From a virus, in IMG/VR virus record IMGVR_UViG_3300020473_000015: DNA of 64,000 bases; one strand, written 5' to 3'. Numbering within the stretch: position 1 is the first letter of the stretch; each line of letters starts with the position of its first letter. Of this stretch, positions 1 to 10,021 are shown piece by piece. A program made the translations under genes and the position numbers. The notes under the pieces were generated by a model, which ran no database searches, was not told the DNA's origin, and worked only from the letters and a program-made list of their open reading frames with translations.

Positions 1-7
1 AGTTTCA

Positions 8-847
8 ATGAAGGGTCCCAAACTTGATGTATCTGGGGCGGCCCCTTCGCTGTGTTTTGCTTTTAATACGTCAGGAGCGCTCAATCGTGAAACTCCTGGA
101 GATTGGCTATCAGCTAGCGCCATCGATCTTGACGGTTCTAACGAATATCTTAACATGAGTGATCATGGCGATTTTGATTTTGAATACGATGACACATTTT
201 CATTATCGGCCTGGGTGAAAACTACAAACACTGGGGACGAAACAATAGTAAGTAAAATGGGGTCTGCAAATTCCTATCGAGGCTGGGATTTTAGATCTTC
301 TAGCGGTCGACCAAGATTCCGACTACAAAACACCAATGGATCGAAGGCGATAGATGTTCAGAGTGATGATACAGATGATCAATTAAATGACTCCCTTAGT
401 CATCATGTGGTAGTTACTTATGACGGCTCAACTAACGCATCCGGTGCTAAATTATATATTGATGGTAATGTCAAAAGCAAAACCACACACACGGATAATC
501 TTGGAAATGATACAACAGTGAATGCAATTGATGTAAATGTTGGACGCGCAGATTTTGGAAATTATTTTGATGGTTATATATCACATGTATCAGTTTGGAA
601 TAAAGAATTAACTACTGCAGATATTACAACTATTTATAATAGTGGAAAACCTGGAAATTTGTCATCGAGTATGGCAGCTTCATCATCTAATTTAATTGCA
701 TGGTGGAAGTGCGGCGATGGAATTAGTGGCTCTACCGCAGACAGTTCAGATAGCAGCGATTCAGACGCTCGTATATATGATATGGGAACTGGAAGTCATC
801 ATCTGACACCAGAGAATACAGAGATTTATGATATTCGTAAGATTTAG
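8..847 (+). CDS. LamG/concanavalin-A-like domain virion protein (probably 5'-truncated by the window edge)
   Basis: LamG-type motifs FSLSAWVK, HHVVVTYDG, KLYIDG, FDGYISHVSVWNKELT; frame is open back to position 2. Confidence 0.75.
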   Translation: MKGPKLDVSGAAPSLCFAFNTSGALNRETPGDWLSASAIDLDGSNEYLNMSDHGDFDFEYDDTFSLSAWVKTTNTGDETIVSKMGSANSYRGWDFRSSSGRPRFRLQNTNGSKAIDVQSDDTDDQLNDSLSHHVVVTYDGSTNASGAKLYIDGNVKSKTTHTDNLGNDTTVNAIDVNVGRADFGNYFDGYISHVSVWNKELTTADITTIYNSGKPGNLSSSMAASSSNLIAWWKCGDGISGSTADSSDSSDSDARIYDMGTGSHHLTPENTEIYDIRKI

Positions 848-872
848 AATTTTATAAAAGAGGATATTAAAT

Positions 873-1850
873 ATGGCAGAAAAGCATTCAAGAATAACAG
901 TACCATCTTCTCCAAATTGGCAAAAGTTTTTACAGCAATTGTTTAATTTTGTGCATAGCACACAAAGTGGAATTCTTAGATTTGCTCAATCTACTCACGA
1001 TGGTAGCACTTACGCCGTAAAAACGGGCACTGGATATTGGAACGGCAGCGACGATTTATCATCAAGCGGATTTGGAACAGATGGAAATTACATTGTTATA
1101 GAACCGGTGAATGAATATCCCGGAGGCGGTAGATGGCAAGCGAAATTTGTAGGCGTTGACGTGTCGGATGATGAGGTTAACGAACTAACAGTGGAGGTAT
1201 CATGGTCTGGTGGATATAGTACCGATGGCGATGATTTTGCTGCTGCAAACTTAACTACGGGTGCTTTAACATATGCAGCGGGATATTATAAACCTGTCGC
1301 TGGTGACAGTTGGTACTTTTCTTGCTCCAATAACGATACATACACCAATTCCGCTGGCACACAAACATACACTTATTTTAGAATACTACTCTATAACGCT
1401 GGCAGTAGTGAAAATAGTAAATTTGAAGGGACGTATGTTGGAGGATATATTCCAACAGAGCCGGATGATGACACAAAGCCTGTATGCATATTTACAAGAA
1501 TCATGGCTGGTCAGAACAGCGCTGCATATTGGTCAGACACGGACGGTACTCACTGTCTCGCACCAGCTAACTATACTCACGCTTCAATTAACGGAAACGT
1601 GACAGTTTGCATTCCAGAAGCCAATAACGAAAAATATTTCTGGCATAGTTTATCTAGAAATGGAAGATGGGTAAATGGGCCATGCTCAGTATTAGATACA
1701 AGCAACAGCACAACTTTAGGCGTTTTTGGTGAAAATACATTACTTAGGGGCACCGGCAATAGTTATCAACGCGCAGACGGAGCAGCAGATAGCACTGGAA
1801 AATATAAAGTGGCTGCTGACTTATTATTTAGATGGAACCCATCGGCATAA
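873..1850 (+). CDS. hypothetical protein, likely virion structural
   Basis: 325 aa Gly/Ser/Thr/Tyr-rich ORF; SD AGAGGA upstream. Confidence 0.6.
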   Translation: MAEKHSRITVPSSPNWQKFLQQLFNFVHSTQSGILRFAQSTHDGSTYAVKTGTGYWNGSDDLSSSGFGTDGNYIVIEPVNEYPGGGRWQAKFVGVDVSDDEVNELTVEVSWSGGYSTDGDDFAAANLTTGALTYAAGYYKPVAGDSWYFSCSNNDTYTNSAGTQTYTYFRILLYNAGSSENSKFEGTYVGGYIPTEPDDDTKPVCIFTRIMAGQNSAAYWSDTDGTHCLAPANYTHASINGNVTVCIPEANNEKYFWHSLSRNGRWVNGPCSVLDTSNSTTLGVFGENTLLRGTGNSYQRADGAADSTGKYKVAADLLFRWNPSA

Positions 1851-1852
1851 AT

Positions 1853-2257
1853 ATGAAATTAAAAAATTTAGATAAAATAGCTAAAATTGAAAAAGCCATG
1901 GCCAAGAAATATGGACATGAGGCAATTGCAAATCCTAAGTCTTTTTGGACAGAAGAAAAGGAAAAGGAATATCTTGAAGAAGTCAAGGAATTTTACAAAG
2001 AAGAATATAAAAGAGGCGAGCAAAAAGAGAAAGTCGAGAAAGACGGCTTTTTCATACCAAAGAATCTAATTACTAAAGAAATTAAAAGAAAGTGTTCCTC
2101 TTGCGAAACTCTCTCTTTTAAGCTGAAAGACGATTTGTATATGAATAAGTTTGATTGCTGCTTTACTTGCTATTTAAAGTACGTTCAATTTAACGAAGAA
2201 AAATGGCTAAACGGATGGAGACCAACTAATGAGAATGAGAATAACAAGAAAGAATAG
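1853..2257 (+). CDS. hypothetical protein with CxxC...CCxxC motif
   Basis: ORF track 1832..2257; ATG 1853 directly follows the previous stop; CSSC and DCCFTC motifs. Confidence 0.65.
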   Translation: MKLKNLDKIAKIEKAMAKKYGHEAIANPKSFWTEEKEKEYLEEVKEFYKEEYKRGEQKEKVEKDGFFIPKNLITKEIKRKCSSCETLSFKLKDDLYMNKFDCCFTCYLKYVQFNEEKWLNGWRPTNENENNKKE

Positions 2258-2690
2258 ACGAAAAAGAGATCCACGATATTTTTTACATGAGAATTTAGAT
2301 CTAGAAGGTGGATCCGAAAATGAAGATTTTCCACCGAAAACTCCAGAACTAGAAACTTCAATCGATCCGTCCTCAAGTCCGTCGAAAATTGTCTCCGATC
2401 TTACATTTCGAACAGTCGCTGGAGTAGAATTTGGAACTGATTATGCTGAAGATCCAACATATGCTCCGAAATCACAAGGCGGCGAAGGGTTGGGAGATAA
2501 TGAATATAATATTAGAGGCCAGTACCTCGTATATCGTTTAGATAACAATCTTAGATTTATTGATTTAGATAAGGCTGGAGCAAAAGAGCGACATTACGAT
2601 CAATTGCATAATGATTTACAAGCAGCTGGATGGGAAGAAAAAGAAGATGCCGCTATTCCCACACCAGAAGATTACAGGGGGGTAAAATAA
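2229..2690 (+). CDS. hypothetical protein, possible internal head protein
   Basis: 153 aa; basic N-terminus ending RYFLHE, then an acidic body. Confidence 0.55.
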   Translation: MRMRITRKNRRKRDPRYFLHENLDLEGGSENEDFPPKTPELETSIDPSSSPSKIVSDLTFRTVAGVEFGTDYAEDPTYAPKSQGGEGLGDNEYNIRGQYLVYRLDNNLRFIDLDKAGAKERHYDQLHNDLQAAGWEEKEDAAIPTPEDYRGVK

Positions 2691-3251
2691 ATGGCAACTG
2701 TATATGATATAATAAAAGGAATCAACCAAGCTGCTGCAAATGCTTATGATGGGTCACATGATAAGAGATTTGTTGTTGATGGCGAAGATAAACTAACTGG
2801 CTTAAAAAGAGAAGAGGGTTGCCCACTGCACGACTCTAGAGTTATTGACGGGTTTAAAGTGCGTGTTGCTGGCCCAAAACTTATTGTTACTTACCAATCA
2901 GAATTGCCTCTTAAATCTTTTCACAATGACAAGTTGGATAGTGAAATTGAACAAACTTATGCTGATATTATTAAATTTCTTAAGAAAGAATATAAAAAGA
3001 TCACTGGAGATACACTAACTCTTAGCGCCGATGGCCCTTGTGATGTGCTCTTACAGAATATGTCTCGAATTCGAACATGGTGTCAGGCTAAAAAGGTTTA
3101 CACAATTGGTGGCATGAAAGATGCTGAAGCGGTTGGAACAAATTCTCCTGGTGATGCAGAAGAGAAGCTTCGTTCGGCTGTTGAAAAATGGCTGCAAACT
3201 GGAAAAGCAAAATATTCTGGAGCAAAAAAACCTAGCAATGTCAAGGCGTAA
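2691..3251 (+). CDS. hypothetical protein upstream of terminase
   Basis: 186 aa ORF abutting both neighbours (TAAATG junctions). Confidence 0.65.
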   Translation: MATVYDIIKGINQAAANAYDGSHDKRFVVDGEDKLTGLKREEGCPLHDSRVIDGFKVRVAGPKLIVTYQSELPLKSFHNDKLDSEIEQTYADIIKFLKKEYKKITGDTLTLSADGPCDVLLQNMSRIRTWCQAKKVYTIGGMKDAEAVGTNSPGDAEEKLRSAVEKWLQTGKAKYSGAKKPSNVKA

Positions 3252-4837
3252 TGGGATACAAATTAACAAAGAAGGATATCTTAAAAGAGGTATTGCAGTG
3301 CGGTAAAGATACGCGCTATTTTATACGAAATTACGCTAAAATTCCACATCCAGGCCATGGATTAATCCCTTTTAAAACATACGATTATCAAGATAATTTG
3401 TTGGATGAGTTTAATGATTATCGTTTTACTGTTATCTTGAAAGCTCGACAGTTAGGTATATCTACAATTGTTGCTGCTTATATTGCATGGCTTCTTTTGT
3501 TCCATCGCGATAAGAATGTCCTTGTCGTTGCAACTAAATTAAACACAGCAGCAAACTTAGTGAGAAAAGTTAAGGGAATAATCAAGCACTTACCGGATTG
3601 GCTAAGAATAGCTAGTATCGACATTGATAATAAGAACTCTTTTGAATTAAGTAACGGATCTCAAGTTAAGGCGTCTTCCACTTCTGGAGATGCTGGTCGC
3701 TCTGAGGCATTATCTTTATTAGTTATAGATGAGGCAGCGCACATTGACAACTTAACAGAATTGTGGACAGGCCTTTACCCTACAATTTCTACTGGTGGTC
3801 GCTGTATTTCACTCTCAACTCCAAATGGTGTTGGTGATTGGTTCCATGACACTTACATAAAAGCAGAAGCAGGGCAAAATGAATTCTATCCAATAAAATT
3901 AAATTGGGATGTACACCCAGATAGAGATCAAGAATGGTTTGAAACAGAAACTAAAAATATGAGCAAGAGACAGATTGCCCAAGAATACCAATGTAATTTT
4001 AATACTTCAGGTGAAACTGTTATTGACGGCGATGACATTCAACTCTTAAAGGCTAACATTGCTGACCCAAAATACAGAACTGGAGTTGATAGGAATTATT
4101 GGATTTGGGAAGAGCATCAGCCTGAAAATACCTACCTTTTAGTGGCAGATGTTGCTCGTGGAGATGGCGCAGATTCAAGCACATTCCATGTCTTTAAACT
4201 AGAAACTATGGAAATCATTGCAGAATATCAAGGAAAGGTCACACCAGACTTATTCTCTGATATAATTTTTAATGCTGGTCGAGAGTATGGAAATGCGATG
4301 GTTGTTGTAGAAAATAATAGTGTTGGCTTTGCAGTATTAGATAAATTGAAGGACAAAGCTTATCCTAATCTTTATCATTCTATAAAGTCTTCTCACGATT
4401 ATATTGACCAATATCAGGCTGAAACACACTCTTCTGCAATTGCTGGATTTACTACTTCTTTAAAAACTAGGCCTCTCATTGTCGCCAAGTTTGAAGAATA
4501 TATAAGAAATAAAATGTTAACTATTTATTCTAAAAGGCTAATTAATGAGTTAGACACTTTTATATGGAAAAATGGAAAACCAGAGGCTCAAAGAGGTTAT
4601 AATGACGATTTAATTATGGCTTGCGCAATTGGTTGTTGGGTACGTGACACGGTACTTATTGAAAATAAAAGAGATATGGAGTATAAAAAAGCATTTTTAA
4701 ACTGTATAATGACTAATAAGACTCATATAGACTCTAGAATACCGGGAATGCAAAAGCCTAGACAAACAGAGTTGTTTGAAAAGTCCATTGAAGAGAAAAA
4801 GAAAACGAAAGAATTTCTTTGGTTATTAAAAGGATAA
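3251..4837 (+). CDS. terL: terminase large subunit (T4 gp17-like)
   Basis: Walker A-like LKARQLGIST, Walker B LLVIDEAAHI, motif III STPNG, nuclease motif LVADVARGDGADSS, C-terminal DDLIMA. Confidence 0.95.
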   Translation: MGYKLTKKDILKEVLQCGKDTRYFIRNYAKIPHPGHGLIPFKTYDYQDNLLDEFNDYRFTVILKARQLGISTIVAAYIAWLLLFHRDKNVLVVATKLNTAANLVRKVKGIIKHLPDWLRIASIDIDNKNSFELSNGSQVKASSTSGDAGRSEALSLLVIDEAAHIDNLTELWTGLYPTISTGGRCISLSTPNGVGDWFHDTYIKAEAGQNEFYPIKLNWDVHPDRDQEWFETETKNMSKRQIAQEYQCNFNTSGETVIDGDDIQLLKANIADPKYRTGVDRNYWIWEEHQPENTYLLVADVARGDGADSSTFHVFKLETMEIIAEYQGKVTPDLFSDIIFNAGREYGNAMVVVENNSVGFAVLDKLKDKAYPNLYHSIKSSHDYIDQYQAETHSSAIAGFTTSLKTRPLIVAKFEEYIRNKMLTIYSKRLINELDTFIWKNGKPEAQRGYNDDLIMACAIGCWVRDTVLIENKRDMEYKKAFLNCIMTNKTHIDSRIPGMQKPRQTELFEKSIEEKKKTKEFLWLLKG

Positions 4838-4842
4838 GATAA

Positions 4843-6855
4843 ATGGATCCAAAAAGTATAAAAAGCACCAAAAATCCTAAGAATCCAGATTCAAATTTAT
4901 ATAGAAGATTAACTAAATTATTTTCTGGACCCCTGATCAACTATCGTTCTCAAAATACGAGACAATTAAGACGAAGAAGATTAGATAAGTACGCGAAAAC
5001 ATTTAAAGATGTCGCTGGTCAAAAGTTTGAAAGGATTGGTTATAATCCTTTTGATAACTTCTCTGCCTTTATGATGGGCACTCAGTCTAGATTACAAAGA
5101 TACGCTGATTTTGATCAAATGGAATACACACCAGAAATTGCTTCGGCTCTAGACATCTACGCAGATGAAATGACTACCCACACAGGAATAAAGAAGATAC
5201 TTGATATAGATTGTCATGATGAAGAGATAAAAGGAATCTTAGATACTTTATTTTTTAATGTTTTAAACATTGAATTTAATTTGTTTGGTTGGTGCCGAAC
5301 GATGTGTAAATACGGAGACTTTTATCTCTATCTAGATATTGATGCAGATATGGGTATCAAGCAAGTTATTGGACTTCCAACTGATCAAGTAGAAAGAGTT
5401 GAGGGTGAAGATAAAACAAACCCCAATTATGTACAATACCAGTGGAATTCTGGTGGAGTGACTTTTGAAAATTGGCAAATGGGCCATTTTAGAGTTCTTG
5501 GTAATGATAAGTTTGCCCCATATGGAACTTCTGTTCTAGATTCAGCCAGAAGAATTTGGAGACAACTTATTCTTCTAGAAGATGCAATGATGGCATATAG
5601 AATTGTTAGAGCACCAGAAAGAAGAGTGTTTAAGATTGATGTTGGTAATATTCCACCACAAGATATTGAACAATATATGCAACGTGTTATTACTTCCATG
5701 AAGCGCAATCAAGTTGTTGATGCTGACACTGGAAGAGTCGACTTAAGATATAATCCAATGAGCGTAGAGGAAGATTATTTCATTCCTGTGCGCGGTGGCG
5801 TAGGAACAGAGATTCAATCTTTACCTGGGGGGACTTATACTGGCGATATCGACGATGTTAAATACCTGAGAGACAAGTTGTTTTCCGCATTGAAAGTACC
5901 AGCCTCTTATTTGTCACGTGCTGAAGGTGGAGACGAAGATAAAGCGACGTTAGCTCAAAAAGACATTAGATTCGCTAGAACAATTCAAAGACTTCAAAGA
6001 TCAGTTACAACTGAGTTAGAAAAAATTGGTATTATACATCTTTATACACTGGGCTATAGAGGTGATGATCTTTTATCTTTCAAGATTAAATTAAATAATC
6101 CGTCCAAAATTTCTGAACTTCAAGAGTTGGAGCATTGGAATACTAAATTTAGCGTTGCAGCACAAGCAACAGAAGGGTTCTTTAGCAAGAGGTGGATTGC
6201 AAGAAATCTATTTGACCTATCAGAAGAGGAATTCTTGAGAAACCAACGCGAACTTTATTATGATAAATATTTTGCTCAGTCTATAGAAATGTTAGGCCAA
6301 GATGCCATGGCCGCAGGAGGAGCCGCAGGTGGAGCAATGGGCGCTTTAGGTGGCGAAGAAATGGCTGGTGGCGAAGATATGGGAATGGGCCCAGAAGATC
6401 TTGGCGGTGGTGAAGATATGACTGCACCAATGGAAGAAGCGCCACCAACAACTGAGGCTGGGGATGAAGATACTGCGTTGTTAGCCGCACCAGGAAAGAG
6501 AGATGATGATCATGCGTGGGTAAAAGCCAAAGTTAAGAAAAATGCTTTCGGCGCCGTAGAAAAAACTAAAAGCGCAAAATCGAAAGGATGGTATGAACCA
6601 GTGACCACAGACAAGCGCCAAAGCGGAGCAAGAAAGCGAAACATGAAAGCGAAAGATGCACACGAATTTGCTACGTTACCGAAAAGGCAATTGAAAATGA
6701 ATTTGCCTGACGGTGCAGATGAATTGCTTGGTCTAGGAAAAGGTATTTATGAGTCAAAAGAGACTAATTACAATGATGAAGAGCGAAAGCTGTTTGAAGT
6801 AAGCCAAACAGTGAGAGATCTATTAAACGATTTGGAGCATAAAGATAATGCCTAA
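4843..6855 (+). CDS. portal protein (T4 gp20-like) with Gly/Met/acidic C-terminal extension
   Basis: EDAMMAYRIVRAPERRVFKIDVGN, EDYFIPVRGG, DVKYLRDKLFSALKVP are typical gp20 motifs; follows terL. Confidence 0.95.
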   Translation: MDPKSIKSTKNPKNPDSNLYRRLTKLFSGPLINYRSQNTRQLRRRRLDKYAKTFKDVAGQKFERIGYNPFDNFSAFMMGTQSRLQRYADFDQMEYTPEIASALDIYADEMTTHTGIKKILDIDCHDEEIKGILDTLFFNVLNIEFNLFGWCRTMCKYGDFYLYLDIDADMGIKQVIGLPTDQVERVEGEDKTNPNYVQYQWNSGGVTFENWQMGHFRVLGNDKFAPYGTSVLDSARRIWRQLILLEDAMMAYRIVRAPERRVFKIDVGNIPPQDIEQYMQRVITSMKRNQVVDADTGRVDLRYNPMSVEEDYFIPVRGGVGTEIQSLPGGTYTGDIDDVKYLRDKLFSALKVPASYLSRAEGGDEDKATLAQKDIRFARTIQRLQRSVTTELEKIGIIHLYTLGYRGDDLLSFKIKLNNPSKISELQELEHWNTKFSVAAQATEGFFSKRWIARNLFDLSEEEFLRNQRELYYDKYFAQSIEMLGQDAMAAGGAAGGAMGALGGEEMAGGEDMGMGPEDLGGGEDMTAPMEEAPPTTEAGDEDTALLAAPGKRDDDHAWVKAKVKKNAFGAVEKTKSAKSKGWYEPVTTDKRQSGARKRNMKAKDAHEFATLPKRQLKMNLPDGADELLGLGKGIYESKETNYNDEERKLFEVSQTVRDLLNDLEHKDNA

Positions 6856-7663
6856 ACATAATAAAAAGAGAAATACCGCCTTTCTTTATGAGGCGTTAGT
6901 GCGTGAAGTAGTTAAGCGGACTATGAATAAAGATACAGCCGTCAGAAATAAAACTGTCGCTATTTTAAAAGAAGCTTTTAGTGCTAAAAATGAATTAGGG
7001 AAAGAACTACGACTCTTTAAGACCTTAATGGAAACAACAGGAGTTTCTGCAAGGATTGGCGAAAAATTAATTCAAGAGACTAAAAAGGAATATAAGAATC
7101 TAAATGAAAAGAAAATATTCTCAGAACAAAGCACATTAATTAAGAAAATTAATAAAGAAATTTCTAAATCTGTGTTCTCCAATTTCGTTCCAAACTACAA
7201 AGACATTGCAACTCTTTCGCAGATATTTGGCGAAGATGTAGGAGTTAAACATCGTGTTGTTTTAGAGGAAAAGGTCTTGTCTAAGATAACCCACAAAAAA
7301 CAAAAATATGAAAAAAATGATAAAGTAAACAATCTTGTTGTTAATAAGTTTGTTGAGAGGTTCAATAACCAGTATAAAACAACCCTATCAGAAAATCAAA
7401 AACATTTGCTTAATAAATATATTTTATCATTTTTAGATAACGGTGTTGACTTGAAATTATATATAAACGAGGAAATAAGTCGACTTAAAAGTATTATTAA
7501 AGAATCTTTTAATTTAGAAGAACTAAAAAAAGATAATAAGATGCTCGATAAAATGAAGAAAGTACAAGAGCTTCTAGAGTCTTGCAACAAAAAGCCTTTA
7601 GATAAAGAAATGATTCAAAACATCCTTAAAGTACAACTAGTTGCCAAAGAGGTACAAAGCTAA
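6848..7663 (+). CDS. hypothetical helical protein of the head module
   Basis: 271 aa, starts KHNKKRNTAFLYEAL; overlaps the portal stop. Confidence 0.65.
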   Translation: MPKHNKKRNTAFLYEALVREVVKRTMNKDTAVRNKTVAILKEAFSAKNELGKELRLFKTLMETTGVSARIGEKLIQETKKEYKNLNEKKIFSEQSTLIKKINKEISKSVFSNFVPNYKDIATLSQIFGEDVGVKHRVVLEEKVLSKITHKKQKYEKNDKVNNLVVNKFVERFNNQYKTTLSENQKHLLNKYILSFLDNGVDLKLYINEEISRLKSIIKESFNLEELKKDNKMLDKMKKVQELLESCNKKPLDKEMIQNILKVQLVAKEVQS

Positions 7664-8262
7664 TGGCAGCGTTTAATGTAAAGGTTGAAGGCCCAAGAGG
7701 CACTTTTGAAGATGTGCCACCGCCTCCCAAATTTAAAGTTAAGGTGGAATCACCAATTGCAGCAAAGGTAAATTTAAAGGCCAGAAAAACAATGGATGGA
7801 AATATATTAATAGTTGACCATCCAGAAATAGATATTGTTTTATCGCCTTCGCAGAATAAAGTTTTTGCTCTATCTAAAAATCAATATGGTGATCATGTGT
7901 ACGCAACACAGTCCAGGCTATTTGAACACTTAGCTAAAAATGGAGTTGTCGATGCATCTACAATTCATGGTGGAAATATATTTGGTTCTCTAGAAGGTAC
8001 TATAATGACTCCGTTGGAACCCGCAAAGGTTGATCCAATTCAAATGTCTCTATACACTGTAGTTTCATTCTTGTTAGAAGAGAAGCCACATTATCTCGCA
8101 GTTCAGCAATATAAGATTGATTTTGAAAAAGATCTTCTTGATCCTAGCGAGAAAGATTCGACTGAACTTGGCGAAGTACCACACGAACCATTTAAGGGCA
8201 CTGTTAACCAATTTACTGGATATCCTGCTCAATATGGTTTAACAGGCTTTACTGGGTATTAA
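7663..8262 (+). CDS. hypothetical protein
   Basis: 199 aa ORF, translationally coupled (TAATG). Confidence 0.6.
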   Translation: MAAFNVKVEGPRGTFEDVPPPPKFKVKVESPIAAKVNLKARKTMDGNILIVDHPEIDIVLSPSQNKVFALSKNQYGDHVYATQSRLFEHLAKNGVVDASTIHGGNIFGSLEGTIMTPLEPAKVDPIQMSLYTVVSFLLEEKPHYLAVQQYKIDFEKDLLDPSEKDSTELGEVPHEPFKGTVNQFTGYPAQYGLTGFTGY

Positions 8263-8293
8263 TATTAATTTAAAAAGAGATATAGAGGTTTAA

Positions 8294-8623
8294 ATGGATT
8301 TATTATATTTTGTTCTTGCTGCATACGGCATGACCCAAATAATAATTTTGGGATCAATATTTAATAAAGTACGCCCTTCTAAAAGTTGGCTCAAGGGTTT
8401 TGGAAAGCTTTTTCATTGTCCAATGTGCATGGGCTTTTGGGTTGGTGTGTTTTTGTTTGGAATTAATGGTTATACAGAACTATTTACATTTGAATACAAT
8501 TTAGCGAATGCACTTGTATTGGGGTGCTTAAGCTCTGGTACGAGCTATTTGTTAAGCGTATTGGTTAATGATTTTGGGTTTAAAATAACTCATAAAAACG
8601 AGGGAGATTGTTATGTTGACTAA
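8294..8623 (+). CDS. membrane protein with CxxC-W motif (DUF1360-like)
   Basis: hydrophobic segments flanking FHCPMCMGFWVG; SD GAGG. Confidence 0.6.
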   Translation: MDLLYFVLAAYGMTQIIILGSIFNKVRPSKSWLKGFGKLFHCPMCMGFWVGVFLFGINGYTELFTFEYNLANALVLGCLSSGTSYLLSVLVNDFGFKITHKNEGDCYVD

Positions 8624-8693
8624 AAAATGGAAACTACAGCCCGTTCGACGTTGTTGCAGCGGCTCTAGTATCGGGCGGCTTGAGGCCGCGTAA
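8613..8693 (+). CDS. 26-aa small ORF MLTKKWKLQPVRRCCSGSSIGRLEAA (not in ORF track)
   Basis: SD AGGGAG at 8601-8606, ATG 8613, TAA 8691-8693; fills the gap before the protease gene. Confidence 0.5.
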   Translation: MLTKKWKLQPVRRCCSGSSIGRLEAA

Positions 8694-8706
8694 AGGAAGG
8701 GAAAAG

Positions 8707-9342
8707 ATGTCTAAAGGACTTTTAAGAGAGTATTATGAACTAAAGTGCGATGATCGTGGCTGCAAAGATCTCTTGAATGAGAGCGAAAAAAGGATGATCA
8801 ACGATGGATTTTTGTTGTTTCCTGCAAAGTTGCAGCAATGTGATGTACAAAATGGGAATGGTAGAGTCTACGGTCGACAAGTTTTAGAAAGAGAGATCGA
8901 AAACTATGCGAAAATGGTTGCTGAAGGTCGCGCTATTGGCGAATGTGACCATCCGGACGATAGTGTGATAAATCTTAAAAATGCTTCTCACAAAGTTGTT
9001 AGAATTTGGTGGGATGGAGATGACGTTATAGGGGTAATTCAATGCCTTAAAACCCCTTCCGGTCAAATCCTAGAGGGCCTATATAAAAGTGGCGTTAAAT
9101 TTGGATTCTCTTCCAGAGCCTTGGGCTCTCTAGGTCCATGCCCAAGAGGCACCGGAGCACAGATGGTTCAAGATGATCTTCAATTGATTTGTTTTGATGC
9201 TGTTTCCGAACCTTCAGCACCAGAGGCATATATTCTAGATCAAAAAGTAAAGATGTATGAAAACGTAGAAAAAGATTTGTCTAAAATTTTTACAAAAGGT
9301 GATAGAATTAATAGAGCTTTAAATAATATCTTTATAGGGTGA
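8707..9342 (+). CDS. prohead core protease (T4 gp21-like)
   Basis: NGNGRVY, GECDHPDDSVINLKNASH, GFSSRALGS, CFDAVSEPS motifs; ATG 8707 follows AAGGAAGG. Confidence 0.93.
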   Translation: MSKGLLREYYELKCDDRGCKDLLNESEKRMINDGFLLFPAKLQQCDVQNGNGRVYGRQVLEREIENYAKMVAEGRAIGECDHPDDSVINLKNASHKVVRIWWDGDDVIGVIQCLKTPSGQILEGLYKSGVKFGFSSRALGSLGPCPRGTGAQMVQDDLQLICFDAVSEPSAPEAYILDQKVKMYENVEKDLSKIFTKGDRINRALNNIFIG

Positions 9343-9345
9343 TAC

Positions 9346-9783
9346 ATGAAAAAATCAGAATTAAAAAATGTTTTAAAACCATTGATTAAACAATGTGTTA
9401 AAGAGGTGCTATTAGAAGAGGGCGTTTTATCTAATATTGTTTCTGAGGTTGCAGTTGGGCTTAAACCACTATTAACGGAAAATAGGAATTATAGTGCTGA
9501 AAAAAGCGTTGCGACCTCTAATCAAGATGCACTTCTACAACAACAAAGAGCAGAACTTGAAGAAGAGAAGCAGAGAATGATAAAAGAACAAAAAAGAAAA
9601 ATTTTAAATGCCACCGGATTTGGTAATGAAATTTTTGAAGGCGTAGATCCAATTTCTTCTGTTGGTGTTCCTGATGAAAGTCCATCTCACGGAGCGCTAT
9701 CAGGGATTGACCCTAAAGACCCAGGAGTAGATATATCTGGTATCATGGCTCTTGGTGGCCACAAATGGAATAAGTTAGTTTAA
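9346..9783 (+). CDS. hypothetical head-module protein with LIKQCVKEVLLEE leader
   Basis: 145 aa ORF between the protease and bS21. Confidence 0.6.
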   Translation: MKKSELKNVLKPLIKQCVKEVLLEEGVLSNIVSEVAVGLKPLLTENRNYSAEKSVATSNQDALLQQQRAELEEEKQRMIKEQKRKILNATGFGNEIFEGVDPISSVGVPDESPSHGALSGIDPKDPGVDISGIMALGGHKWNKLV

Positions 9784-9793
9784 AGGAAATAAA

Positions 9794-10021
9794 ATGGCAA
9801 AAACAATTAATGTAGAAGTTAAACCGAGAGACAAAAACGAACATCCAGAAAGAGTGATAAAAAGATTTATGAAAAAAGTAAAAAATAGTAAAGTTTTAGA
9901 ACTCTACAAAGAGCGAATGAGATATGAGAAGCGTTCTGACAAAAAGAGAAAACAAAAGGCAAGAAGAAAAAAACTTTTAGAAAAACTTCACAATCAAAGA
10001 ATTAAGGAATTAGGAAACTAA
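9794..10021 (+). CDS. rpsU: phage-encoded ribosomal protein bS21
   Basis: 75 aa basic protein; VKPRDKNEHPERVIKRFMKKVKNSKVLELYKERMRYEKRSDKKRK matches the bS21 pattern V..r.nE..e..l+RFk+.v...g.l.e.+.R..YEKps..++. Confidence 0.85.
   Translation: MAKTINVEVKPRDKNEHPERVIKRFMKKVKNSKVLELYKERMRYEKRSDKKRKQKARRKKLLEKLHNQRIKELGN

Noticed and set aside
8660-8700. Possible selenocysteine/SECIS signal in the RRCC small ORF
   Set aside because: The TGA in CTTGAG is out of frame; the ORF ends at TAA
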